Of a stretch of 64,000 nucleotides of DNA, positions 9,909-20,309 are shown piece by piece. Numbering within the stretch: position 1 is the first letter of the stretch; every line of letters begins with the position of its first letter. Source of the DNA: Acidobacteriota bacterium (GTDB lineage Bacteria; Acidobacteriota; UBA890; WLXD01); the NCBI GenBank assembly GCA_965248695.1, contig CBDFKD010000002.1, forward strand, positions 992,001-1,056,000, read 5' to 3'. The notes under the pieces were generated by a model. That model did no database searches. It had not been told where the DNA came from and saw only the letters and a list, made by a program, of their open reading frames with translations. A program made the translations under genes and the position numbers.

Positions 9909-12661
9909 GCAGAACCTGGCTGCGGCGATTGTCACGACTGCTTCTCAGCAGCTACCCGCCGGCACTCCGAAGCGAGTATGCGAATGACGTCCATGAGACC
10001 TTCGTGCTTCGCTATGAGGCCGCGCGTCGGCGTGGCAGACGCGCCGCGGCGTCGCTTCTGGGACGCGAGGTACTCGGTTGGATGGGCTCGCGGACCGGAG
10101 CCGTGTCTGCAGGTGGCACGGGTACGCGGCGAGGAACCGCGCCTGACGGCAATCGCCATTCCCCGCCGCCTACGCCACATGGCGGAATGGCGCCGGCCTT
10201 CGACGGCGTGTTGCAGGACTTCCGCTTCGCCCTCCGGACGCTGATCAAAGCCCCCGCCTTCACCGCCACGGCGATCGTGGTTCTAGCGCTCGGTATCGGC
10301 GCCAACGCGGCGATCTTCTCGCTCGTCAACGCAGTGATCCTCCAGCCTCTCCCTTTCGCCGAGCCACACCGCCTGCTTTCGATCTGGGAAACGAACCCCG
10401 AGCGCGGGTGGCATCGTGCACAGGTCGCTGCCGCCAACTATCTCGACTGGGCGGCGGAGGCGCGGTCGTTCTCGGACATGGCGGCGAATCAAGACTGGCT
10501 CGACGACGTAGCGCTGACCGGCAGCGGCGAGCCCACGACACTTGCCGCAAACAGCATCACGTCGAACTACTTCCACGTGCTCGGCGTCGAGTTGGTTCTG
10601 GGCCCCGGCTTCACAGACGCCGACACCTGGAGTGGAGGCGAGCCCAAGGTGGTGATCTCGCATGAGCTCTGGCGAGGGCTGCTGGCTGGAACGGATGACG
10701 TCATAGGACGCCGGCTCACCATCGACGATGTGCCGCGCACGATCGTCGGAGTGGCGCCCTCGGGCTTCGACTACCCGCTTTCCGGCATCGACGTTTGGCA
10801 GCCGATGGAGTGGAATCCAGAGTTCCGCGACCTGGTCTTCTTCCGCCGCGCACATGGATTTCGAGTCGTCGGTCGCCTAACGCCAGATGCGACCATCGAA
10901 GCCGCCGAGACCGAGCTTGCCACGATCGCAAGGCGACTCGAGGATCGCCATCCGGAGACCAACGTGGCGATGGGCACGGGCGTGACGCCACTCCACGAGT
11001 GGATCACCGACGACACCCGGCGTCCGCTGGTGGTGCTGTTGGTTTCGGTCGGGCTGGTGCTGCTCATCGGCTGCGCCAACGTAGCCAGCATGCAGCTGGC
11101 CCGATGCAGTCAACGTCGGCGCGAGATGTCGGTACGCAGCGCCTTAGGCGCCGGTCGCGTCCGTCTTCTTCGCCAGGGCCTGACCGAGAGCCTGCTGTTG
11201 TCCATCGGCGGCGGAGCCGCCGGGCTGGCTCTCGGCGCCGCCGGCATGCGCATTATCGCCGCGATGGTCAACGACGAGATCCCGCGACTCGGCGGCGTTG
11301 CTCTGGACGGACGTGTCATCGCATTTACCATCGGCATATCGCTCGCAACGGCCGTACTCTTCGGAACCCTGCCCGCACTGCGCGCGGCACAGCCGGATCT
11401 GCGTCGCTCGCTAAGCTCGAACCGATCGTCCACCACGCATCGTGCGCGCCGCGCCGCGGCACTGCTGGTGGCAGCCGAGATCGCGCTGGCACTGCTGCTG
11501 ACGATCGGCACCGGGCTCATGGTTCGCAGCCTGGCGCACCTGCAACAGGTCGAGCTCGGCTTCGATCCCGTGAATACCATCGCGGTCGGCGTTTCGCTGC
11601 CGACGGCGCGCTATTCCGATGGAGAGGAGGTGACCGCGTTCTACGATCGGCTGCTGGAGTCCGTCCGCGCGCGATCAGGAGTGGAATCGGCCGCCCTGGG
11701 CACGCGGCTGGCTTTCGTCAACCAGCGCTGGAGCAGCGATTTCACCGTCGAGGGCTGGGCGGAGGATCAGTACGGCGTCGGCGTGCGGCACGACGAGGTC
11801 TCGTCGGATCTGTTCGAGACCCTGCGGGTACCACTACTGGCCGGACGCGACTTCAATGACGCCGACGCCACGGGCCCGTTGGTGGCGATAGTCAACCAGG
11901 CGCTCGCCGAGCGCTACTTCCCGGACGAAGACCCACTGGGCAAGCGACTCTGTTTCAGCCGCGCCGCCAGTGAGTGCGAGGTTCTGGAGGCCGACGCGGA
12001 GCGTGTTCACGAGATCGACAACTGGTTCGAGATCATCGGCGTGGTGGGCAACGTCCGCCGCGCCAGCCTGGCTGGTGAGGAAAAACCGAGCATCTACGCG
12101 CTGATCTTCCAGGATTGGACCCACAGCACCTTCGTGATGGTCCGATCCGAACGAGCAGCCGAAGACCTGGCGGTCGAGGTACGCGCAGCCATGCAGGAGA
12201 TCGACCCCAACCTGCCCCTGAGCTCGGTCCACGTCCTCGAGCAGGTTGTGGCCGACTCGGTGGCACGTGAGCGACTAGTTCTGCGACTGCTCGGCGCCTT
12301 CTCGACCGCCGCGGTGCTGTTGGCCGCTCTGGGTGTCTATGGCGTGATGTCGCAGACGGCGAGACAAGCTTCGCGAGAGATCGGGATTCGAATGAGCCTC
12401 GGCGCCCAGCGCGCGTCCATGCTGCGCGCGATCGTCGGGCGCGGGCTCGTACCGGTCGCAATCGGGATCGCCGTCGGCCTGGTTGCTGCCGCGACGGCGA
12501 CGCGAGTCCTCGATAGCATGCTGTTCGGCGTCGGCCCGATCGACCCGGCGACCTATGCAGTCACCGCTTTCGGGTTGCTCGCCATCGCAATTCTGGCGAG
12601 CTATCTGCCGGCACGCCGGGCCGTCTCGGTCGATCCGGCGATCGTGCTGCGATCGGAGTAG
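9905..12661 (+). CDS. Duplicated MacB/FtsX-type ABC permease without ATPase (acidobacterial ADOP type)
   Basis: QDFRFALRTL, ALGIGANAAIFS, LLIGCANVA, REIGIRMSLGA, PARRAVSVDP. Confidence 0.92.
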   Translation: MSRTWLRRLSRLLLSSYPPALRSEYANDVHETFVLRYEAARRRGRRAAASLLGREVLGWMGSRTGAVSAGGTGTRRGTAPDGNRHSPPPTPHGGMAPAFDGVLQDFRFALRTLIKAPAFTATAIVVLALGIGANAAIFSLVNAVILQPLPFAEPHRLLSIWETNPERGWHRAQVAAANYLDWAAEARSFSDMAANQDWLDDVALTGSGEPTTLAANSITSNYFHVLGVELVLGPGFTDADTWSGGEPKVVISHELWRGLLAGTDDVIGRRLTIDDVPRTIVGVAPSGFDYPLSGIDVWQPMEWNPEFRDLVFFRRAHGFRVVGRLTPDATIEAAETELATIARRLEDRHPETNVAMGTGVTPLHEWITDDTRRPLVVLLVSVGLVLLIGCANVASMQLARCSQRRREMSVRSALGAGRVRLLRQGLTESLLLSIGGGAAGLALGAAGMRIIAAMVNDEIPRLGGVALDGRVIAFTIGISLATAVLFGTLPALRAAQPDLRRSLSSNRSSTTHRARRAAALLVAAEIALALLLTIGTGLMVRSLAHLQQVELGFDPVNTIAVGVSLPTARYSDGEEVTAFYDRLLESVRARSGVESAALGTRLAFVNQRWSSDFTVEGWAEDQYGVGVRHDEVSSDLFETLRVPLLAGRDFNDADATGPLVAIVNQALAERYFPDEDPLGKRLCFSRAASECEVLEADAERVHEIDNWFEIIGVVGNVRRASLAGEEKPSIYALIFQDWTHSTFVMVRSERAAEDLAVEVRAAMQEIDPNLPLSSVHVLEQVVADSVARERLVLRLLGAFSTAAVLLAALGVYGVMSQTARQASREIGIRMSLGAQRASMLRAIVGRGLVPVAIGIAVGLVAAATATRVLDSMLFGVGPIDPATYAVTAFGLLAIAILASYLPARRAVSVDPAIVLRSE

Positions 12662-12671
12662 CTGTCGCCCG

Positions 12672-14818
12672 CTAGCGGGCGGCTGCGCTCCTGTGCGTCT
12701 CCCAGGCGATGCGCTGCAACGCCGTGGCGGTCTCGGGTTAAGGTCGACCAGGGTGACGTAGCGGTTCTCGTCAAGGTCACCGTCGAGCGAGGTGAACCGG
12801 CCGCGGATCATCGCCGGGGCCCCCACTGGGCTGCGGCCGGTCAGGGTCGCGTAGAGCGTCGCGGCGGTCAGGTACGAACCGGCCGGGGTCGGATGCGATC
12901 CGTCGAAAATGTACAGATCGGGAATGCCCTCCGTGGCATGCGCCCGCGCCCAGGCCCGACCGATCGGCGACAACTCGGCCCCGGTGTCGTCGGCGACCGT
13001 GCCGTAGGCATCGGCAAGGACCTCGAGCTGGGCTGGATAGTCTCGCCGCGCCCAGGTCAGAAAAAGCACCGGCCGCGCGTCGGTCGCCTGAATTGTCGAT
13101 ACCAGCTCACGGGCGGCGTTCAGAAACATCGTCGGATCGCCGATGATCGACACTCCGTCGACGTACGGTGGGCCCAGCCGACTCTGTCCCTGGACAACCA
13201 CCGCATCGAAGTCGCCCGCATCGATACGCTGGCGCGCGGACCCCTCGCCCAGGTGCCAGCGCAGCGTCGACGCGCCGCGCACGCTCATTTCGGTATCGAT
13301 CATCGGACCATCCTCGAGCGTGTGCGCGAAGCTCTGCAGGAGATCCGGCAGGTTGTTGACGTAGGTATAGCTGCTGCCGACGAACAGGGCGCGAACGGTG
13401 TCCTCACGCGCGGCCGAGCGGCGCAGCGGCGGTACCGACTCCGGGTCGACGAGCTCCGGAAGTGAGGCCAGCACCTCACCGACGAAGTCATCGGCGTCGA
13501 AGCCATCGCCGGGGGTCTGCCCCAGGCGCACGATCACCGCCCGGCGCGACGGAATGATGAACACGAATTGCCCCTCGAAGCCCGAGGCGATCAGCGCGTC
13601 GCGCGGCACGTAGTCGAATCGACCACCGGTGTTGAGCGCGAAGTGGACTCCGAGGCGCTCTTCTTCAGGTGGTGCCGCCGGGCTGCGGGTGTACTCGACG
13701 AAGCGCGGCAGGAAGATGCTCTCGCCGGCGAACCGGCCGTCGTCGAGGTACAGCATCCCGAAGCGGGCCCAGTCTCGCGCCGTGGCCCAGAAAAACGACG
13801 AGCCCACGAACGTCCCCGAGGGATCGGTCTCGAACACCGCGCTGCGCATGCCGATACGGTCGAACAGCGCCTCTCGGGGCCATCGCCAGTAAGCGGCATC
13901 GTCGGGAAAGAGTCCGCGGATGGCGCGCGAGATGATCGCCGTGGTGCCACTAGCGTAACTGGCGACCGACCCCGGCGCGTGGGCCAGCGGCTTCGCCGCC
14001 GCGAAGGCGCCCGAGTCCGTCTCCCAGAAGATCATTCTCGCCGGATCGGAGTCGGCCCCAGCGTAGTCCTCGTCCCACTGCAGGCCGCTGCTCATTCTCA
14101 GGAGCTGATCGAGGATGATCTCGTTGCGCGGATCGTCAGCGTCGTCCCACTCGGGAACATCGAGGCCCGCGAACGGCAGCAAACGTCCCTCGCTCATCAG
14201 GACGCCAACCAACGCGCCGGTGACGCTCTTGGCCATCGACCAGCCCTGCAGTGGCGTGTCGCGCGTGATGCCCGGTGTGTAGCGCTCCGCGACGACACGG
14301 CCATCGTGCACGACCACCACGGCCCGAGTGCGGCGCGGCTCCGAAGGGTCCGGCTCGTCGAACGCGTCGTCCAACGCCGCTTCGAGGCGCTCCGCGTCGA
14401 CCGGCGCCGCCGGAGGTCCCGACGGCTCCCTATCGCCCAGCGGCCACGGTTCGTTCGATGTGTCACGGGCGGGTGCCGCGAAGCTCTGAGCTTGCAGCTC
14501 GGCGACAGAGACGCCGTTGGCGAGCGCGCAACCGAGCCCGGCACGATAGACGGCCGTAGTGTCGATACCGGCAGATTCGATCACCGCGGTCACGGTGCGA
14601 TCTTGGCGATCGATGTCCACCTGACCACCCAGCTGATCGAACCCGGCGGCCTCTTCGCGGAACAGGCGCTCAGGCTCGAGTCCGGCGACGAACACCCCGG
14701 AGCAGACGCGCTTGGCGACGGCGCCGGTCATCGTGCGCGCCAGCTCGACGGGTACTTGAGCCGACGGCGCAAGAACACCTGTGAGCGCCATCAGTGCTGC
14801 CAGGATCGTCGGTCTCAT
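12672..14818 (-). CDS. Secreted serine hydrolase (beta-lactamase fold) fused to an SGNH hydrolase domain; 1-nt frameshift at about 12735
   Basis: WSMAKS, LLRMSSGL, YASG; then LFVGSSYT...DGSHP. Adding one base to the G run at 12735-12737 gives a natural end NPETATALQRIAWETHRSAAAR* and removes a ~390-nt overlap with the permease gene. Confidence 0.82.
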
Positions 14819-14821
14819 CGA

Positions 14822-15043
14822 TCAGTCCCCGTGCGCCCGATCGCCCTCACCGGCCAGATGCAACAACGTCTCGCGCGTGAGGTTCCCGACGCTCATCACG
14901 ACGACGATCGGCACTCCCAGGCAGGCGGCCGAAGATCGCGCCACCGGTAGAACGGGCGTGCGTCGAACGACGGCCGGAAGCGCCGCCTGCGCTGCCCGGA
15001 TCTCGTCGATCGTGACCAACCGGCCGGATGGGGGATCCGGCAC
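14822..15043 (-). pseudogene. Internally deleted threonine/serine dehydratase remnant (73 aa)
   Basis: N-terminal LVTIDEIRAAQAALPAVVRRTPVL joined in frame to a C-terminal-like VVVMSVGNLT; no PLP lysine motif (GSFKxRG). Confidence 0.65.
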
Positions 15044-15045
15044 GA

Positions 15046-16020
15046 TCAGCCGTCCATTCCAGCCTGCCGGCGGACATACCGCGCTGCCGACTCGTGGGTG
15101 GCGAACCAGGCGCCACCGCGCGCCTTGATGTGCTCGATCAGCCCCTTGAGCGCGATGATTCGCGACCGGTGCGCGATGATGTGCGGGTGCATGGTGAGCA
15201 GCAACATGGTGCGTTCCTCCCATGCGACGTCGAACTCGTCGATCCACACCTGCATGACGTCGCGTGGCGGGCTGTAGCTACCCCCGAGCGGATCGAACAG
15301 CGGCGCGTCGTCGAGAATCCACTCCACCGGAAGCTCGACCATGCCGGTGGGCTCGCCGTTCGCCAGCAGCTCGTAGGGCCGATCATCGGCCATCAGCGAG
15401 CTCTCGTACAGCAGGCCCATGTCGCGCACGATATCGAGCGTCGCCGGGCTCAGGTTCCACGATGGCGCCCGGTAGCCGACCGGCCGCGTTCCGGTGATCT
15501 CTTCGATTGCATTGACCGCCTGCTCGAGCAGCCGACGCTCGGTGGCCGCGTCGAGCAGCGTGTTGCGCTCGTGGATCCAGCCGTGCACACCGATCTCGTG
15601 GCGGCCGGATGCCTGGATGAGCCCCGCCTGCTGCGGAGCCAGCTTCAGGCTCCAGGCCGGGAAGAAGAATGTCGCCGGGATCTCCTCGCGATCCATCAGC
15701 TCGACGACGCGCGGCAGCGCAACCCGCGGCCCGTATTCGCCCTGCGAGAGAGGCCCGACGCTAAAGGTGCCGTCGCGCAGCCCCTCGACGGTCTCGTTGT
15801 CGACGTCGAACGACAGCAACACGGCGACCCGGGCGCCGCCGGGCCACTCGTCGGGCGTCAGATCACGGCCGGCGCGTACCCGGTTCACCCCGTCGCGCAC
15901 ATAGTCGTCGGTCCAATCCCATGGCGGTGCACCGTCCGTCGCAGGCTCCTGGGCGGCGGGGGCGGGCAAACAGGCGCTCAGCGCCAACGTCGTGGCCAAG
16001 ACCGCAATCGCTGTCCTCAT
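15046..16020 (-). CDS. Polysaccharide deacetylase family (PuuE-like) lipoprotein
   Basis: LSAC lipobox, SFDVD, HGWIHE, GYRAP, MHPH. Confidence 0.88.
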   Translation of the reverse strand: MRTAIAVLATTLALSACLPAPAAQEPATDGAPPWDWTDDYVRDGVNRVRAGRDLTPDEWPGGARVAVLLSFDVDNETVEGLRDGTFSVGPLSQGEYGPRVALPRVVELMDREEIPATFFFPAWSLKLAPQQAGLIQASGRHEIGVHGWIHERNTLLDAATERRLLEQAVNAIEEITGTRPVGYRAPSWNLSPATLDIVRDMGLLYESSLMADDRPYELLANGEPTGMVELPVEWILDDAPLFDPLGGSYSPPRDVMQVWIDEFDVAWEERTMLLLTMHPHIIAHRSRIIALKGLIEHIKARGGAWFATHESAARYVRRQAGMDG

Positions 16021-18965
16021 GGAAGATCTCCTCGGGCTTCAGAGGTGGGCAAGGCGCGCGCTAGCGCCACCGCTGGGTGGATGGCCTCACGGCCCGTACC
16101 GTCGAGAATCTGCCGCCGGCAGCTGGTGCCATCGGCAACGATCCAGGTATCGGCGTCAGCCTGCCGAATCTCGGGCAACAACGCCAGCTCCGCCATGCGC
16201 AGCGACACGTCGAGGTGCTCGACCTCGTAGCCGAAGGATCCGGCCATGCCGCAGCAGCCGGCCGCAATGGTGTCGACCTGGAGGTCGGGCACCAGGCGCA
16301 GTGCCTCGATCATGGGCTCCAGAAGTCCGAAGGCCTTGCGGTGGCAGTGGCCGTGCACCAGGGCACGCTTCGCCGGGATCGCATCGAGCCGCAGGTCGAC
16401 GTCACCGGCGGCCATCCCGTTCATCAACAGCTCCTCGAAGAGCACCGCGGAGACGGCGAGCGCCTCGCTCTCGGAGCCCGGAAGCAGCGCCGGGAGCTCG
16501 TCGCGGAGGGTCAACAGGCAAGAGGGCTCGATGCCCACTACCGGCACTCCCTGGCGCACGAACGGCAGAGTGGCCGCCAGCAGGCGCTTACCCTCGACGC
16601 GCGCCTCATCGGCGAGACCGGCGCTCAAGAATGTACGGCCACAGCAAAGCGGCCGCTCACCGTCAGGTGCGGCAATCGTCTCTACTCTGTAGCCCGCCGC
16701 CCGAAGCACCCGTGTGGCAGCGTGCGCGTTCTCCGGCTCGAAGTGGGTGCTGAACGTGTCGACGAACAGGGCGACACGTGGGCCGGAGCTCGACGCCGCG
16801 AGCGGCTCGACGCACCGCCCGGAGGTCGACGGCGGAAAGGACTCCGAGCCGACCCCGCCGCGTCGGAACTCGGGCAGCGGGCGCCGAGCGGAGATCCCCG
16901 CGAACCTCTCCAGCAGCCATCGCACCGGCCGCCACTCGACCGGGCCGGAGACCGGGCCGAGCCGGGAAACAGCAGCGGCATAGCGAGGCAAGTAAGCGAA
17001 CATGCGCTCGCGCAGCGGCACTCCGTGGCGGGCACGGTACGCGCTCACGAACTCGATCTTCATGCGCGCCATATCAACGCCAGTGGGGCATTCACGTCGA
17101 CAGGCCTTGCAGCCGACACACAGATCGAGCGCCTCGTATAGCTCGCTCGAATCCAGGCCGGTGGCGCCGAGCTGCCCGCTCAGCGCCAGCCGCAGCGCGT
17201 TGGCACGCCCGCGAGTCGTGTGCGTCTCATCGAGCGTCGCCTGATACGACGGGCACATGGAGCCGACCAGCTGACGGCAGGCACCGTTGTTGTTGCACAT
17301 CTCGACCGCGCCGGGCAGGCCGCCGGCGTCGGGCCACTGCAGGGAGGTCGACCGCGATTCGGTAGCGTAGTCGGGTCGGAAGCGAAACAGACTGCGATCG
17401 TCCATGCGCGGCGGATGGACGATCTTGCCGGGGTTGAACAGTCCGGACGGATCGAAGGCGACCTTCACTTCCTCGAAAGCATCCACCGCCGCGTTTCCCA
17501 GCATCGAGCGTAGAAACTCGCTGCGCACCAACCCGTCGCCGTGCTCGCCGGAATGCGAGCCACGGTACTGGCGCACCAGTGCGTGGGTCGCCTCGGCGAT
17601 GCTCCGCATCTTGGCCACGTCACCGGCCTCCTTGAGGTTCAGCGTCGGTCGCACATGCAGACACCCGACCGAGGCGTGCGCGTACCAGGTGCTCTCGACC
17701 CCATGCCGGGCAAAGATCTCGCCGAGACCGGCGGTGTAATCAGCCAGGTGCTCGAGCGGCACGGCGCAATCCTCGACGAACGACACCGGCTTGGCGTCGC
17801 CCTTCATCGACATGACGATGTTCAATCCGGCCTTGCGAACGCCCCATATCTCGGCCTGCGCGGCGGGCTCGATCGCTCGGTGCACCGCTTTGTCGTGACC
17901 CAGATCCGCCATCAGCTCCTCGAGCCGATCGAGGTCGCGTCGCTGCTCCGCAGCGTCGGCGCCGGCAAACTCGACGAGCAGCAACGCCTCGGGATCGCCG
18001 CGCACGAAGCGCCCTAGAGGGCCGGCGAAGGCCGGTCGCTGGCGCGCCAGCGCGATGACCTTCCGATCAACCAGCTCGATCGCTGTCGGAGCCAGCTGCA
18101 CGAGGTGCTGCACCGCCTGCATCGCGGCCTGGAACGTGGCGAAGTGGCACACCCCGAGCACCTTGTGAGCCGGCAGCGGCTGGAGCTCCAACTCCAGCTG
18201 GGTGAAAAACGCCAGGGTGCCCTCGGAGCCGACCAGCAGCGGTGCCAGGTCGGAAGCCTGTTCGTCCAGGCGGGTCAGGTTGTAGCCCGCCACATGACGT
18301 AGCACGCGCGGCGCGGCGTGATCGATGGCGGCGGCATGGCGTTGGTGCACATCGGCGATCCGCCGGGTCAGATCACCGGATGCGTCGTGTGCGGCGCCGA
18401 ACCAGGCACGGGTGCCATCGGCGAGCGCGGCCTCGATGGCGCACACGTTGTCGACCATGAGCCCGTAGCGGATCGAGCGCGCTCCGGCGCTGTTATTACC
18501 CGCCATGCCGCCGATCGTGGCACGGCTCGCGGTGGCTACGTCCACCGGGAAGAACAGTCCTGACGGTTGGAGTGCCCGATTGAGCTCGTCGAGCACGACC
18601 CCGGGCTCAACCACGACCCGGCGCGCCTCGACGTCGAGCCGTCGGACAGCGCGAAGATACTTGCTGGTATCGATGACGATCGCCTCTCCGATCGCCTGCC
18701 CACCCTGCGACGTTCCGGCACCACGCGGCAGCACCGGCACGCCCTCCTCGCGGGCAATCGCCAGCGTCGCGGCGATGTCGTCGGCGCTCTCCGGCACGAC
18801 GACACCGATCGGCTCGATCTGGTAGATCGACGCGTCCGTCGCATACAGCGCACGATCGAGCGCGCCAAACCGCACCTCGCCAGCGAGCGCACCGCGTAAC
18901 CGCGCTGCCAGCGCCGAGTCACCGATGCGCGCGGCGTTTGTGCTCGTCATCCTCTCGCTGCTCAT
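16017..18965 (-). CDS. FAD-binding/Fe-S 2-hydroxyacid dehydrogenase (GlcD-GlcF fusion, YdiJ-like)
   Basis: PRGAGTS, GEHGDG, CNNNGAC, CVGCKACRRECP, CCG and CCGMAGSFG domains. Confidence 0.92.
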   Translation of the reverse strand: MSSERMTSTNAARIGDSALAARLRGALAGEVRFGALDRALYATDASIYQIEPIGVVVPESADDIAATLAIAREEGVPVLPRGAGTSQGGQAIGEAIVIDTSKYLRAVRRLDVEARRVVVEPGVVLDELNRALQPSGLFFPVDVATASRATIGGMAGNNSAGARSIRYGLMVDNVCAIEAALADGTRAWFGAAHDASGDLTRRIADVHQRHAAAIDHAAPRVLRHVAGYNLTRLDEQASDLAPLLVGSEGTLAFFTQLELELQPLPAHKVLGVCHFATFQAAMQAVQHLVQLAPTAIELVDRKVIALARQRPAFAGPLGRFVRGDPEALLLVEFAGADAAEQRRDLDRLEELMADLGHDKAVHRAIEPAAQAEIWGVRKAGLNIVMSMKGDAKPVSFVEDCAVPLEHLADYTAGLGEIFARHGVESTWYAHASVGCLHVRPTLNLKEAGDVAKMRSIAEATHALVRQYRGSHSGEHGDGLVRSEFLRSMLGNAAVDAFEEVKVAFDPSGLFNPGKIVHPPRMDDRSLFRFRPDYATESRSTSLQWPDAGGLPGAVEMCNNNGACRQLVGSMCPSYQATLDETHTTRGRANALRLALSGQLGATGLDSSELYEALDLCVGCKACRRECPTGVDMARMKIEFVSAYRARHGVPLRERMFAYLPRYAAAVSRLGPVSGPVEWRPVRWLLERFAGISARRPLPEFRRGGVGSESFPPSTSGRCVEPLAASSSGPRVALFVDTFSTHFEPENAHAATRVLRAAGYRVETIAAPDGERPLCCGRTFLSAGLADEARVEGKRLLAATLPFVRQGVPVVGIEPSCLLTLRDELPALLPGSESEALAVSAVLFEELLMNGMAAGDVDLRLDAIPAKRALVHGHCHRKAFGLLEPMIEALRLVPDLQVDTIAAGCCGMAGSFGYEVEHLDVSLRMAELALLPEIRQADADTWIVADGTSCRRQILDGTGREAIHPAVALARALPTSEARGDLP

Positions 18966-19121
18966 CGTCCCCTGGCGTTGTGGTGGTGCGTACCGGAACC
19001 GCTCCACCACAGCGGTTTCCGATCGGTGCCTGGCCGGAGAGTAGTATTGTGCCGCCGTTGACGGCGTAGTTCAGAGATCGCCGCTCGCACACCATAGCCG
19101 AGCAGCAACCCGAGGATCCGC

Positions 19122-20309
19122 GTGAGTCGTGCCGGCGGACGACATCTGCTCCAGGTACCCGGACCCACGAACGTGCCCGAGCGCGTGCTACGTGCCATGG
19201 CGCGCCCGACCATCGACCATCGAGGTCCGGAGTTCGCCCGCCTCACCGGTGAGATTCTCGCTGGCCTGAAGGCGATCTTTCACAATCCCGACGGCGCGGT
19301 GATGATCTACCCGGCCTCCGGCAGCGGCGCCTGGGAAGCAGCGCTTGCCAATACGCTCTCGCCGGGCGACCGCGTGCTGATGTTCGACCACGGCTTCTTC
19401 GCCCAGGGCTGGGCCCGCATCGCCGAGCGCCTCGGTCTCGAAGTCGACATGGTGCCGGGCGACTGGCGGCAACCCGCCGACGTCGAGGCGGTCGAGGAGC
19501 GGCTGCGGGGTGAGGGCACGGCTCCCTATAGCGCCGTCGCCGTGGTGCACAGCGAGACGTCGACCGGCGTTCGCAACGATATCGCCGCCGTTCGCGCGGC
19601 GATCGATCGTGCCGAACACGGAGCCTTGTTGCTGGTGGACGCGGTCTCGTCGATGGCATCGATGCCTCTGCCGCAGGACGAGTGGGGCGTCGATGTGGTG
19701 GTCGCCGGCTCGCAGAAGGGCCTCATGCTTCCGCCGGGACTGTCGTTCAACTCGGTCAGCGCAAAGGCGCTCGCCGCCAGCACCGGTGCCAACCTGCCGC
19801 GAGCGTACTGGGACTGGGCGCCCATACGAGCCCAGAACGACAAAGGCTTCTTTCCCTACACGCCGGCGAGCAACCTGCTGTTCGGGCTGCAGGAGGCGCT
19901 CGACATGTTGAGGGAGGAGGGCGAGCTTACGGTGTTCGCTCGCCACGACCGCCTGGCAACCGCAACCCGGACCGCCGTGAACGCCTGGGGGCTGGAGACT
20001 TACTGCGCCCACCCTGACAGTGCCAGCAGCTCGTTGACTGCCGTGATGACGCCCGAAGGTATCGATGCCGACAGTGTGCGCCAGGTGATCCTCGACAACT
20101 TCGACATGTCGCTGGGCACCGGCCTGGGACCGCTGCAGGGCAAGCTCTTCCGCATCGGCCATCTCGGACAGCTCAACGACCTGGGGCTCGCCGGGGCGCT
20201 CGCCGGGGTGGAGATGGGCTTGCGCCTGGCCGGCGTGCCGCACAGCCGTGGCGGGGTGACCGCCGCGCTCGAGTCGCTGGCTCCCGCAACCACCGCGGCA
20301 ACGAGCTGA
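19122..20309 (+). CDS. Serine/alanine-glyoxylate aminotransferase (class V)
   Basis: LQVPGPTNVP, HSETSTG, DAVSS, GSQKGLMLPPG, FRIGHLG. Confidence 0.92.
   Translation: MSRAGGRHLLQVPGPTNVPERVLRAMARPTIDHRGPEFARLTGEILAGLKAIFHNPDGAVMIYPASGSGAWEAALANTLSPGDRVLMFDHGFFAQGWARIAERLGLEVDMVPGDWRQPADVEAVEERLRGEGTAPYSAVAVVHSETSTGVRNDIAAVRAAIDRAEHGALLLVDAVSSMASMPLPQDEWGVDVVVAGSQKGLMLPPGLSFNSVSAKALAASTGANLPRAYWDWAPIRAQNDKGFFPYTPASNLLFGLQEALDMLREEGELTVFARHDRLATATRTAVNAWGLETYCAHPDSASSSLTAVMTPEGIDADSVRQVILDNFDMSLGTGLGPLQGKLFRIGHLGQLNDLGLAGALAGVEMGLRLAGVPHSRGGVTAALESLAPATTAATS

Noticed and set aside
12275-12671. C-terminal extension of the 847-aa ORF overlapping the permease
   Set aside because: Artefact of the frameshift at about 12735; the translation is low-complexity antisense sequence.
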